DNA from: an uncultured Clostridium sp.
GTDB lineage: Bacteria > Bacillota > Clostridia > Oscillospirales > CAG-272
Assembly (NCBI GenBank): GCA_964526505.1
Contig: CAZGJC010000004.1
Coordinates: 1-63,118, forward strand
Direction: 5' to 3'
Length of the DNA: 63,118 nt
Below are positions 17,692 through 27,184 of the stretch, piece after piece. The stretch's first letter is position 1, and every line of letters starts with the position of its first letter. Below the pieces are notes generated by a model, which saw only the letters and a program-made list of their open reading frames with translations, did no database searches and was not told the DNA's origin. Both the position numbers and the translations under genes were made by a program.

Positions 17692-19662
17692 ATGGACAGT
17701 CAAAAAGGCGTAAGAAAAAAGAGACGGTCTTTTATCGGAACTTTATACGACAATTTTTTGCTTTTTTTGCACACGCTTATACTCAAAAGTCACATAGGAC
17801 AATTTATTGTATCCGACGGCGAGATATACAGAGGCAGTGCCATTCATAAATTCGCAGATAAAAGAAAGGTCAAGTTACATCGGAACGTGTCGGAAGGGGC
17901 GATAACGTTCTTTTCAAAGAGCAGGGTAATCGTATTTTTCAAACGACTGACCGAGACGATTTTGTCCATGTCCGTGAACGTATACGGAATATTTTTTGCA
18001 ATTTACGGTATCGCTTCGGCGTTTGTGTATTATGCTCTGATATTTTTGGACGGCGGTAAAAATTACAGTTTTTCCGCTCTTGTATTCTCGTGTGTTATTT
18101 TGCTTTTGTCCGTGCCGTTTCTCACAAGTTCCAAATCATTGACGGAGATAATTTCCGGAAGCGTTACGGCGGGCAGAATTATACGGTCGTTCTTGATGAT
18201 ACCGGACGACATGCTGAAAACAAAAAAGAAAATCGGGTCTACCGCTCATATGATAATTTTTGCGATACTCGGTCTTGTTTTCGGAGCGTTGACTTATTTT
18301 ACACATCCGATCGTCGCACCGTGCATTTTTATCGGATTGCTTCTGCTTTTGGTGATAATGTCGTCGCCTGAGTCGGGCGTTGTCATTATAGCCGTATCCC
18401 TCCCGTTTTTGCAGTATTTACGGAAATATGAATTTATATTGCCCGTGCTTGTTGCAATTACTTGTGCGTCTTACTTTTTCAAGGCGTGCGGAGGCAAGAG
18501 AGTAGGTACAAAATCCGTTGGCGGTATGATTTTGTTTTTCTTCTGTGCTTTACTTTTAATCTCATCTTGCGGTGCCGTGGGAGGAATTAAAACTTTTGCA
18601 AGTGCGGTATATGCCGTTTTGATGATTGTCGGTGGATTTTACGTCACCTACAATTTAATTAAAAGTGAGAAGAAACTCAAAACTTTGCTTCGATGTATTA
18701 CGGTGTCACTCGGTGTTCTGGTACTTATGGGAATATGGGATATCGGATACAACGGCGGTGTTTACAACGTAATAAAAAATTCACTCGGTGAGATAAGCGA
18801 GGCGGTTCCTCACGGTACGTTTTATTTTTCAAGCATTGCGTCAACTTTCGGAATTATGACCTGTGCGTTTTGTCCCGTGCTTTTCTGTGAAGCGATTTCA
18901 AAGAAGAGCGTGTCGGGAATGGCGGTATCTTTTCTTTGGCTTGTCGCATCGGTAGCGGTATCAGTTATATACTGTTCTTATGAATACCTTATGGCTATAT
19001 GTGTTGGGCTTCTGATATATATTATTTTCCACAGCAAGAAATCATTTTCGGGGCTTATTACGGGCGTGTTGATAATATTTATATGTGCAATGCTCGTGAT
19101 ATCATTTGTTCCGAACGGCATAATAAGCGACTTATATGAAACGGTGAGTGACGTTATTCCGAGCATAGACAACGGCGGTGCGATTGACAACGACGTTGAC
19201 AGGTCGGTTTGGAATATGATAAGTGACGGCAGATTATGCGGAATAGGAGTCGGGGAGGACGCATTTACGGAGACGTTTTTCGCTTATTCGTCTGATACCG
19301 TACAAAACGTTGTCGCACCGCAAAATCTTTACACCCAGATAATATGTTGGTCCGGAATAGGCGGTATTGCGGTATTTGCGATATTTATTTTCTACGTATT
19401 AAAGAGTGCCGTCGGATACGTGTTGATATCGACGGATAAAATCATACGCAGATACGTTTTGGCACTTTCATGCGGATTGATTTCGGTTCTCATTTTGGGA
19501 ATGAGAGTTAATTTATGGGCTGATATGCGTACGTTTTATTTATTCTGGACTTTGGTTGCATTGCTTTGCGGTTACGCAAGGTTCGGTAGGTCGGTAGAAG
19601 ATGAAAAGCGACTCAGAGAGGCGTGCGAGTGTGATTGTGCGGACGTAAGCATAAGGTTATAA
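17692..19662 (+). CDS. O-antigen ligase (Wzy_C)-like polytopic membrane protein
   Basis: ATG at 17692 follows GAGGAGG (ORF-track start 17578 lies inside trmD). There are 12 or more TM segments. A late periplasmic loop reads DRSVWNMISDGRLCGIGVGEDAF, and QNLYTQIICWSGIGGIAVF resembles WaaL/Wzy_C signatures. Confidence 0.5.
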   Translation: MDSQKGVRKKRRSFIGTLYDNFLLFLHTLILKSHIGQFIVSDGEIYRGSAIHKFADKRKVKLHRNVSEGAITFFSKSRVIVFFKRLTETILSMSVNVYGIFFAIYGIASAFVYYALIFLDGGKNYSFSALVFSCVILLLSVPFLTSSKSLTEIISGSVTAGRIIRSFLMIPDDMLKTKKKIGSTAHMIIFAILGLVFGALTYFTHPIVAPCIFIGLLLLLVIMSSPESGVVIIAVSLPFLQYLRKYEFILPVLVAITCASYFFKACGGKRVGTKSVGGMILFFFCALLLISSCGAVGGIKTFASAVYAVLMIVGGFYVTYNLIKSEKKLKTLLRCITVSLGVLVLMGIWDIGYNGGVYNVIKNSLGEISEAVPHGTFYFSSIASTFGIMTCAFCPVLFCEAISKKSVSGMAVSFLWLVASVAVSVIYCSYEYLMAICVGLLIYIIFHSKKSFSGLITGVLIIFICAMLVISFVPNGIISDLYETVSDVIPSIDNGGAIDNDVDRSVWNMISDGRLCGIGVGEDAFTETFFAYSSDTVQNVVAPQNLYTQIICWSGIGGIAVFAIFIFYVLKSAVGYVLISTDKIIRRYVLALSCGLISVLILGMRVNLWADMRTFYLFWTLVALLCGYARFGRSVEDEKRLREACECDCADVSIRL

Positions 19663-19691
19663 TACAAACGACAGGTGAGAGGAGTTTGCAA

Positions 19692-20324
19692 ATGGAAGAC
19701 AACAAAAGCGGTTCCCCAATAGAAAAAAGGAACTTGAAATATATTGACAAAAAGAAATCCGGTTCCGAGCGAATTGACGTCGGTGTGACGGAAATTGCGG
19801 AGATATTGAACGACAAAAGGAATGACAGGAAGAAAAAGCGTCAGGACAGGAAGAGCGGAAAAATTCCGCCTGCAGTCGATATTGCGGTTGCGATTTTTGT
19901 TATTCTTTTTGTGGCGGCGGTAATCGTGGGAGCGTATTTTTTACTGCGTCACTACGTTATGACGGGGTATACGGAAGCGGACATTGAATACACGGTTATT
20001 ATCAGTGGCGAGAGTTTGACCGGTCTTTACGGCGGTGCCGACGAAAATATCGGCGACGAGGATTTTTCGCTTGACGGCAGAGAATTATACTACACGTCGG
20101 GAGACAGTGCGATTTATTTTGGAAAAATAAAGAGCACAAGTGTAACGGATAGAAACGGAGATATTCAGGTTGTGTCGGTAGTTGAGTTGAAAACTCAATT
20201 TAAACGTGGTGAAGGGTATTTTGCGGACGGAAAGAGAATTGCCGTTGGCGGAGAGTACAACGTATTTTCACTTGGCGACAAATTCCGCATAGCGATTGTC
20301 GAAATCGGCAAGGGGGACCATTAA
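19692..20324 (+). CDS. Single-pass membrane protein with a basic N-terminal tail and a beta-rich ectodomain (DUF4330-like)
   Basis: ATG at 19692 follows GAGAGGAG. The TM segment is VDIAVAIFVILFVAAVIVGAYFLL. The architecture is shared with the next gene. Confidence 0.4.
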   Translation: MEDNKSGSPIEKRNLKYIDKKKSGSERIDVGVTEIAEILNDKRNDRKKKRQDRKSGKIPPAVDIAVAIFVILFVAAVIVGAYFLLRHYVMTGYTEADIEYTVIISGESLTGLYGGADENIGDEDFSLDGRELYYTSGDSAIYFGKIKSTSVTDRNGDIQVVSVVELKTQFKRGEGYFADGKRIAVGGEYNVFSLGDKFRIAIVEIGKGDH

Positions 20325-20325
20325 A

Positions 20326-20886
20326 ATGAGCGAAACCAAGAAAAAGAGAAAATATTCATTTAACGCTTTTGACGTTTTTGTTATCCTTTTGATATTGGTT
20401 CTTATCGGAACGGTTGTATACAAGATTTCCAAAAAATCGTCGATTGACACAAACAAGGATAATCCCGTTTACACGGTGATTTTCGATTGCACGGACGAAT
20501 ATGACAGTTTGCAGAAATATCTCAAAGACGGTGATGAGGTTTACATCAAATCATCGGGCGAGTTATTCGGATATATTTACAAAAGTGCGGATTCCGTCGT
20601 AAAAGATGCACTTTATTCGTCGGAGACAGAGACGAGTGGGGAGGCGGACAGCACAATCGGAGAAAACGGCACGGAAGAGGCAATATCCGAGTCAGCCGTA
20701 TACTACAAAAAAACCGATTTTGAAGGGAAAATAAAATTAAACGGAAACACCGAAAAGAGTAATGAAGGAGAATATTACACGGTGGAGGGTATAAATATCA
20801 CCGTGGGAAGTGTTATTGACGTCTACACAGACGACGCCGAATTTACTATTATTATAAAGGGATTTATTGACGGAAGTAAGAAATAA
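20326..20886 (+). CDS. Single-pass membrane protein, DUF4330-like
   Basis: ATG at 20326 follows AAGGGGGA, 1 nt after the previous stop. The N-terminus FNAFDVFVILLILVLIGTVVYK and the pattern KDGDEVY...GINITVGSVIDV resemble DUF4330 proteins as I recall them. Confidence 0.45.
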   Translation: MSETKKKRKYSFNAFDVFVILLILVLIGTVVYKISKKSSIDTNKDNPVYTVIFDCTDEYDSLQKYLKDGDEVYIKSSGELFGYIYKSADSVVKDALYSSETETSGEADSTIGENGTEEAISESAVYYKKTDFEGKIKLNGNTEKSNEGEYYTVEGINITVGSVIDVYTDDAEFTIIIKGFIDGSKK

Positions 20887-20999
20887 AGACCTAAACGTGT
20901 CGATTTTAATTTGAAATTGAGTCTGATATTGATGGGAAATTTGTGTATTATGCAACAAATATAACGCTTGGTGTTGGGGAAATTACTTCATATTGACTC

Positions 21000-21028
21000 T
21001 TGATTTTGCATTTGATTTTTGTTATACT
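21000..21028 (+). promoter_or_regulatory. Sigma-A promoter upstream of ptsH
   Basis: TTGATT, 17 nt, TATACT. It leaves a leader of about 100 nt. Confidence 0.45.
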
Positions 21029-21132
21029 TTATATAGTGCAATCTGTGCCTTGCGTACAGGTGAAAGTTTTCAATGGCACGCAAACATCAAATACAGGGCT
21101 AAGTTATTTGCCTGCAAATAGAGGAGATATGT

Positions 21133-21396
21133 ATGAAAACCCGTGAAGTAGTTATAATGAATGACAGTGGTCTTCACGCAAGACCGGCAACATTTTTTAT
21201 CCAAAAGGCAAATTGCTACAAGTGTTCCATATACGTTGAAAAGGACGACCGCAAGGTAAATGCGAAGAGTTTGCTCGGAGTTCTTTCGCTCGGTATCGCT
21301 AAGGGAATGACAATTACTCTTATTGCGGACGGACAGGACGAAGATGCGGCACTTGAAGGACTTGCCACACTTGTAGGCTCAGGCTTTAATGAATAA
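21133..21396 (+). CDS. ptsH: Phosphocarrier protein HPr
   Basis: 87 aa with the His15 motif GLHARPA and the Ser46 motif NAKSLLGVLSLG. Confidence 0.92.
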   Translation: MKTREVVIMNDSGLHARPATFFIQKANCYKCSIYVEKDDRKVNAKSLLGVLSLGIAKGMTITLIADGQDEDAALEGLATLVGSGFNE

Positions 21397-21407
21397 TTAA
21401 GATGAAT

Positions 21408-21448
21408 AAAAACGGCACGAGGACTATTTACGTCATCGTGCCGTTTTT
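21408..21448 (+). terminator. Rho-independent terminator after ptsH
   Basis: ACGGCACGA pairs with TCGTGCCGT, followed by T5. It lies inside the ORF-track N-terminal extension of uvrC, which argues for trimming that extension. Confidence 0.8.
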
Positions 21449-21473
21449 CGATATTCGGAAAGGAGAGGGTAAA

Positions 21474-23327
21474 TTGCCACAGACAAGCGAAGATTTAAAA
21501 AGACTGCTCGAAAAAGCGAATACTCTCCCCATGCGACCCGGAGTGTATATAATGAAAGGCTTTGGCGGAGGGGTTATATACGTCGGAAAATCACGCAAAC
21601 TCAAAAATCGTGTGACACAATATTTCCGTGCCGGAGAGAAAAATATAAAAACGCAAAAAATGGTGTCGTCCGTAAAGGATTTCGAATACTTTGTGTGCGA
21701 CACGGAAATAGAGGCATTGACGCTTGAAAACACGCTGATAAAGCAATATTCGCCAAAATACAACATTCGTCTGAAAGATGCAAAATCGTATCCGTATATT
21801 AAAATTACAGATGAGGAATATCCACGCCTGATTATGACGAGAAAACGTGATACGGACAAGGGAAGATATTTCGGACCTTACTCGGGTGTATCAACGGTTT
21901 ATTCGGTTATAAACGCACTATCGGGAACACTCGGTATTCCGACTTGCAAAAGAGTTTTTCCACGTGATATAGGTCGTGACAGACCTTGCGTATATTATCA
22001 GATGGGCAAATGCTGCGGAGTATGCACGGGGCGTGTAACGCAAGAGGAATATGCGGACAAGATACAGTATTCGGTTGACATACTTCGTGGAAACACGTCG
22101 GCGGTTATAAGGGGACTTACAGAGGAGATGTACAGGCTCTCCGACTGCGAAAAATATGAAGCGGCGGCAAAGTGCAGAGACACGATAAATGCACTTGAAC
22201 GGTTGAGTCAAAAACAAAAAGTTGTGGCATCACCGGAGACCGAACACGACATTATCGCACTGTATTCGGACGACGTATGTACGTCAATTTCGGTATTATA
22301 TATACGCAACGGTGCGGTTACCGACAAGAGCGATTATACTTTCGGTGCGGACAGGATTATCGATGAGAGCAACGTGAGCAGTTTTATTTGCGAACATTAT
22401 CTCAAACGGGAATATATACCGAAAAGTATTCTGCTGTCTTTTGAAATGGAGAATGAAGAGAGCGAAATGCTTTCCGATTATCTGACGTCACTCACGTCGC
22501 ATCGTGTGAAGATAAGAACTCCCGAGCGTGGAGACAGCAAAATGCTTTGCGATATGGCGAGAGACAATGCCAAGGAGCAAGCAAAACTTTACAAAATCGA
22601 AAACGAAAAAGACGAAAAAGTCCTATCACGGTTGGCTGAATTGTTAAGTCTTGAAACTTATCCCGAGCGAATTGAAGCATACGATATATCCAACATAGGA
22701 AAAGAGCACATAACGGCGGGCATGATTGTTACCGAGGGACGTGCTTTCAAACGGTCGGATTACAGAAGTTTTAAGATAAAGAGTGTTCAGGATACGACTG
22801 ACGACTATGCGTCTATGTGCGAGGTTATAGGCAGGAGACTTGACAGACTGAGCGATACGGACGGGTCGTTTTCCAAAGCACCTGATTTGATATTACTTGA
22901 CGGTGGTCGAGGACACGTTTCGGTCGTAAAAGAACTTATGCGTCAAAAGGGCATAAATTACATTCCCGTATACGGAATGGTGAAGGATGATTTTCACAAA
23001 ACGAGAGCGTTATGTGATGAAAACGGAGAGATAAGCATTGCAAAAGAAAATTCGGTATTTGTGTTTATCTACAAAATTCAAGAAGAGGTACACAGATACA
23101 CCGTATCCAAAATGGAGGGGGCAAAGCGAAAAACTCTTCAAAAATCGTCATTGACCAACATTAAAGGAATAGGTGACGCAAAAGCAAAGGCGTTACTGAA
23201 ACGCTTTGGCGGTTTATCGGGAGTCAGAGCGGCAAGTATTGAAGAACTTTCGTCTGTTTCGGGTATTACTCAAAAGCAGGCAGAGAGCATTAAAGAATAT
23301 TTTGAATCTAAAAAACAGGTAAGATAA
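21474..23327 (+). CDS. uvrC: Excinuclease ABC subunit C
   Basis: TTG at 21474 follows AAAGGAGAGGG. It has a GIY-YIG domain (GVYIMKG...VIYVGKSRKLKNRVTQYF), a UVR domain and a C-terminal HhH pair (IKGIGDAKAKALLKRFG). Confidence 0.9.
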   Translation: MPQTSEDLKRLLEKANTLPMRPGVYIMKGFGGGVIYVGKSRKLKNRVTQYFRAGEKNIKTQKMVSSVKDFEYFVCDTEIEALTLENTLIKQYSPKYNIRLKDAKSYPYIKITDEEYPRLIMTRKRDTDKGRYFGPYSGVSTVYSVINALSGTLGIPTCKRVFPRDIGRDRPCVYYQMGKCCGVCTGRVTQEEYADKIQYSVDILRGNTSAVIRGLTEEMYRLSDCEKYEAAAKCRDTINALERLSQKQKVVASPETEHDIIALYSDDVCTSISVLYIRNGAVTDKSDYTFGADRIIDESNVSSFICEHYLKREYIPKSILLSFEMENEESEMLSDYLTSLTSHRVKIRTPERGDSKMLCDMARDNAKEQAKLYKIENEKDEKVLSRLAELLSLETYPERIEAYDISNIGKEHITAGMIVTEGRAFKRSDYRSFKIKSVQDTTDDYASMCEVIGRRLDRLSDTDGSFSKAPDLILLDGGRGHVSVVKELMRQKGINYIPVYGMVKDDFHKTRALCDENGEISIAKENSVFVFIYKIQEEVHRYTVSKMEGAKRKTLQKSSLTNIKGIGDAKAKALLKRFGGLSGVRAASIEELSSVSGITQKQAESIKEYFESKKQVR

Positions 23328-23329
23328 TT

Positions 23330-23896
23330 ATGATGAGAATAATTACCGGGTCAGCCAAGGGGATACATTTACAGACGCTTCCCGGAGACGCAACAAGACC
23401 CACGAGCGAGAGGAGCAAAGAGGCTATATTTTCCATGCTTTGCTTTGACATAGAGGGAAGAGACGTACTTGATATTTTTGCGGGTTCGGGTCAGATGGGA
23501 CTCGAAGCGTTATCACGTGGGGCAAATTTGGCAACGTTTATTGACAAGTCGCCTGAGGCTGTAAAGGTTATAAGAGCGAATGCAACGAAAACAAGACTTT
23601 CGGACAATGCTGAAATATTTGTGTCAGACGCATTTGATTTTATAAAACGAAACGGTGGCAGGAAGTACGATATAGTGTTTATAGATCCGCCGTATGCGTT
23701 ACGCACCGCTTCGAAAATCGCATATGAATTATACAATTCGGGAATGTTGAAGCCGTCGTCGCTATTGGTATGCGAAAGCGAAGAGGCTGATATTTTCGAT
23801 TCTTGCTCCGAGGCACGTGACGTTTTTGAGGAGATAAAGCACAAAAAATTCGGTATGGCACATATATCGCTTCTCGCATTAAAGGCGACGTGTTGA
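23330..23896 (+). CDS. rsmD: 16S rRNA (guanine966-N2)-methyltransferase RsmD
   Basis: MRIITGSAKG, RPTSERSKEAIFSML, DIFAGSGQMGLEALSRGA and the DPPY motif. Confidence 0.88.
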   Translation: MMRIITGSAKGIHLQTLPGDATRPTSERSKEAIFSMLCFDIEGRDVLDIFAGSGQMGLEALSRGANLATFIDKSPEAVKVIRANATKTRLSDNAEIFVSDAFDFIKRNGGRKYDIVFIDPPYALRTASKIAYELYNSGMLKPSSLLVCESEEADIFDSCSEARDVFEEIKHKKFGMAHISLLALKATC

Positions 23897-23917
23897 CATA
23901 TTTTTCGGAGGTATTTT

Positions 23918-24442
23918 ATGAATGCACTTATCCCCGGGAGTTTTGACCCGATGACACAGGGACACGTAAATATTGTTGAGAGAGCGTCGCACATGTTTGA
24001 CAAGATATACGTTGCGGTTATGAACAACGATTCGGCAAAGTACGATTCGACTTTGGTATCGAAAGACGCTTATATGTTTACGCCCGAACAAAGGCTCGAA
24101 ATAGTGAAGAAGTCGATATCCCACATAAAAAACGCAGAGCCGATAATTTACGGCGGTATGCTTATTGATTTATGTGACGAATACGATATTGTCGCAGTTA
24201 TAAGAGGTGTGCGGAATTGCGAGGATTTTGAATACGAGATGAAGCACGCAAAATGGAACAGGGAACACAATCCACACGCTCAGGCACTTTTTATGCCGTC
24301 GGAAGAGAGATTTTCTTCTTTGAGTTCCACAAAAATCAGAATAGACTTGGCACGGGGAGATTTTGAATCGCTGAAAGAACAAATACACCCCGACGCTTTG
24401 GCTTATATAAAATCATTAAATTTAAACTTGAAAGGAATTTAA
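23918..24442 (+). CDS. coaD: Phosphopantetheine adenylyltransferase
   Basis: PGSFDPMTQGHVNIVERA and SSTKIR. The rsmD-coaD pairing matches ylbH-ylbI in Bacillus. Confidence 0.9.
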   Translation: MNALIPGSFDPMTQGHVNIVERASHMFDKIYVAVMNNDSAKYDSTLVSKDAYMFTPEQRLEIVKKSISHIKNAEPIIYGGMLIDLCDEYDIVAVIRGVRNCEDFEYEMKHAKWNREHNPHAQALFMPSEERFSSLSSTKIRIDLARGDFESLKEQIHPDALAYIKSLNLNLKGI

Positions 24443-24446
24443 GAAA

Positions 24447-25040
24447 ATGACTTCAAAAATTAAGAACAACATTTTGGCGGAAATTATTATTTCTCTTGTA
24501 TTCGGACTTCTTTTCGGAGGACTTGTACTGTTTTTGGCTTCCCTCGGAGCGGACACGATTATCAGATGGATACTTATAGTAACGGGTATTATTATAGCGG
24601 TCACGAACGTTGCTCCGCTTATCAGAGGCATTGTCAATATCAAGGAAAAAGGCGGATTATTTGACGTTATAGTTTCGGGCATTGCGATGGTTTTGGGTAT
24701 TGTTATGGCAGTATACCAGAATTCGATAGTTTCGACCATAATAACAATTCTCCTTGCAGTATATCTTATCGCTTTGCCGATAATAAGAATTATAATCGCT
24801 CCGTCGTGGAAACAGCAACTTTCGGAAGAATGGCTCAGAATACTTATCGGTGCGATTTTAATAGTATTTCTTCCCGCTATTTTGGGTGCGGCAGATGCGA
24901 TAATCAACGTACTTTTGACAATTGTGGGAATAGTTATTATATCACTTACGGTTTTGTCTTTTGTTATTTCACTTATATCTTACGTAAAGGCGTCAAAAAA
25001 AGCAAAGGAAGATGCACCTATTGAGACCGACGCCGAATAA
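24447..25040 (+). CDS. Hydrophobic membrane protein of unknown function (6 predicted TM, internally repetitive)
   Basis: A 197-aa ORF that is almost entirely I/L/V/G-rich helices. It is tightly packed between coaD and uvrB. Confidence 0.5.
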   Translation: MTSKIKNNILAEIIISLVFGLLFGGLVLFLASLGADTIIRWILIVTGIIIAVTNVAPLIRGIVNIKEKGGLFDVIVSGIAMVLGIVMAVYQNSIVSTIITILLAVYLIALPIIRIIIAPSWKQQLSEEWLRILIGAILIVFLPAILGAADAIINVLLTIVGIVIISLTVLSFVISLISYVKASKKAKEDAPIETDAE

Positions 25041-25060
25041 TCGGGAAAGAAAGGTTTTTA

Positions 25061-27034
25061 ATGGATAAATTCGTTCTTAAAAGTCAATACAAGCCCTCCG
25101 GTGACCAGCCGGAGGCTATTGACGGTCTTGTGCGTGGAATTTTACGTGGTGACCGTATGCAGACGCTACTCGGTGTTACGGGATCGGGAAAGACGTTTAC
25201 GATGGCAAACGTCATAGAAAAGATCAATCGTCCGACGCTTATCCTCGCACACAACAAAACTCTTGCGGCTCAGTTATGTTCGGAATTCAGAGAATTTTTC
25301 CCGGACAATGCCGTGGAATATTTTGTGTCTTATTACGATTACTATCAGCCTGAGGCGTACATCCCCGGGAAAGATATGTATATTGAAAAAGACGCACTGG
25401 TAAACGATGAAATAGACAGGCTTCGTCATTCGGCTACGAGTGCTTTATTTGAAAGAAGAGACGTTATTATCGTAGCCTCTGTTTCGTGTATATATTCTCT
25501 CGGTGAACCCGATGAGTACAAGAGTCTTGTATTGGCTTTGCGTCCCGGAACGATTATGTCGAGAGAGGATCTTATCGAAAAACTTGTGTCGATAAACTAC
25601 ACAAGAAACGATATGAGTCTTGTCAGAGACAGTTTCAGGGTAAAGGGAGACACGTTGGAGATAATCCCCGCAAACATGGATGACAAGGCAATAAGAATTG
25701 AATTTTTCGATGATGAGATAGACAGAATATCGGAGATAAACGTTGTTACGGGGGAACTTTTCAGAATTCTTTCGTACGTGGCGATTTATCCCGCAACGCA
25801 CTATGCGGTATCCGACGAAAAGCGTGAGGCGGCAATATCGGATATTATGAATGAGATGTACGACCGTGTCAAATACTTTGAATCGGAAGGAAAACTTATT
25901 GAGGCACAAAGGATAAGCGAGCGTGTGAAATATGACGTGGAGATGCTCAGAGAAGTTGGATTTTGCTCCGGCGTTGAAAACTACTCTCGCATTCTCGCAC
26001 GCAGACCGGCAGGGTCTACGCCATACACGTTACTTGACTATTTTCCGAAAGATTTTATTATGTTCGTGGACGAGTCGCACGTAACTTTACCGCAGGTCAG
26101 AGGTATGAGCGGAGGAGATACGGCAAGAAAGAAAAATCTTGTGGATTACGGGTTCAGGCTTCCGTCGGCATACGACAACAGACCGCTTTATTTTGAAGAA
26201 TTCGAAAGCAAAATAAATCAGGCGATATTTGTTTCCGCAACTCCCGGTGATTACGAGGCGGAAAATTCGTCTCAAACGGTTGAGCAGATTATCAGACCCA
26301 CGGGTCTTGTAGACCCGAAAATAACAGTACGTCCGATTGAAGGGCAAATAGACGACCTGATAGGTGAGATAAAGGCGGTTGTGGCGTCGGGTGAGAGAGT
26401 GCTTGTCACGACGCTTACAAAGAAAATGGCCGAGGATTTGACGGAATATTTGGAAACCAACGAGATAAAGGTAAGATACATTCACCACAATATCGACACC
26501 ATGGAGCGTATGCAGATAATACGTGATTTACGTCTCGGCGTTTTTGACGTTCTTGTCGGCATCAACTTATTGAGAGAGGGTCTTGACATTCCCGAGGTTT
26601 CACTGGTTGCCATTCTCGACGCAGACAAAGAGGGATTTTTGCGTGCGGAGAGGTCGCTTATTCAGACGGTTGGTCGTGCCGCAAGAAATGCGGGCGGAAG
26701 AGTTATAATGTATGCCGATCAAATAACCCGTTCGATGGAGGGTGCAATACGTGAGACCGATCGACGCAGAAAAATTCAGACCGAGTACAACAAAGCACAC
26801 GGTATAGTCCCCAAGACAATCGTAAAAGGTGTACGTGACATTATAGACATAGGAGCCGTAGAAGATACGTCCAAAAAGAAATCCGAAAAGGTTAAAAAGA
26901 AGATGACCGCACAAGAACGGGAAAAACTCATCGCTTCGATGACGGTCGAAATGAAGAATGCCGCAAGACGGCTTGATTTTGAAAAGGCGGCTTATCTCAG
27001 AGATGAAATCAAGAGAATAAGTGAAGAAAAGTGA
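25061..27034 (+). CDS. uvrB: Excinuclease ABC subunit B
   Basis: [23 protein letters not shown], a helicase C domain (QTVGRAARN) and a C-terminal UVR motif ([11 protein letters not shown]). Confidence 0.96.
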   Translation: MDKFVLKSQYKPSGDQPEAIDGLVRGILRGDRMQTLLGVTGSGKTFTMANVIEKINRPTLILAHNKTLAAQLCSEFREFFPDNAVEYFVSYYDYYQPEAYIPGKDMYIEKDALVNDEIDRLRHSATSALFERRDVIIVASVSCIYSLGEPDEYKSLVLALRPGTIMSREDLIEKLVSINYTRNDMSLVRDSFRVKGDTLEIIPANMDDKAIRIEFFDDEIDRISEINVVTGELFRILSYVAIYPATHYAVSDEKREAAISDIMNEMYDRVKYFESEGKLIEAQRISERVKYDVEMLREVGFCSGVENYSRILARRPAGSTPYTLLDYFPKDFIMFVDESHVTLPQVRGMSGGDTARKKNLVDYGFRLPSAYDNRPLYFEEFESKINQAIFVSATPGDYEAENSSQTVEQIIRPTGLVDPKITVRPIEGQIDDLIGEIKAVVASGERVLVTTLTKKMAEDLTEYLETNEIKVRYIHHNIDTMERMQIIRDLRLGVFDVLVGINLLREGLDIPEVSLVAILDADKEGFLRAERSLIQTVGRAARNAGGRVIMYADQITRSMEGAIRETDRRRKIQTEYNKAHGIVPKTIVKGVRDIIDIGAVEDTSKKKSEKVKKKMTAQEREKLIASMTVEMKNAARRLDFEKAAYLRDEIKRISEEK

Positions 27035-27184
27035 CAGGTCACAAGTAAAAGAGGATAGCGTGAAAGTTTCATCCGTCCAACAGTTAAATCCACTGTTTCA
27101 CGCACGAATTTTGCCGTATGGCAAAATTCACCGACATTATTTGTGCCACCGCACGGCGTTGGAATGGAGATTAATATAAAAAAT

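Noticed and set aside
21035-21132. Possible RAT/antiterminator element in the ~100-nt ptsH leader
   Set aside because: TGTGCCTTGCGTACAGGTG has only a vague resemblance to the RAT consensus. The competing TTGCGT/ACGCAA helix is not followed by a U-tract, and no BglG/GlcT-type antiterminator gene is nearby. The evidence is insufficient.
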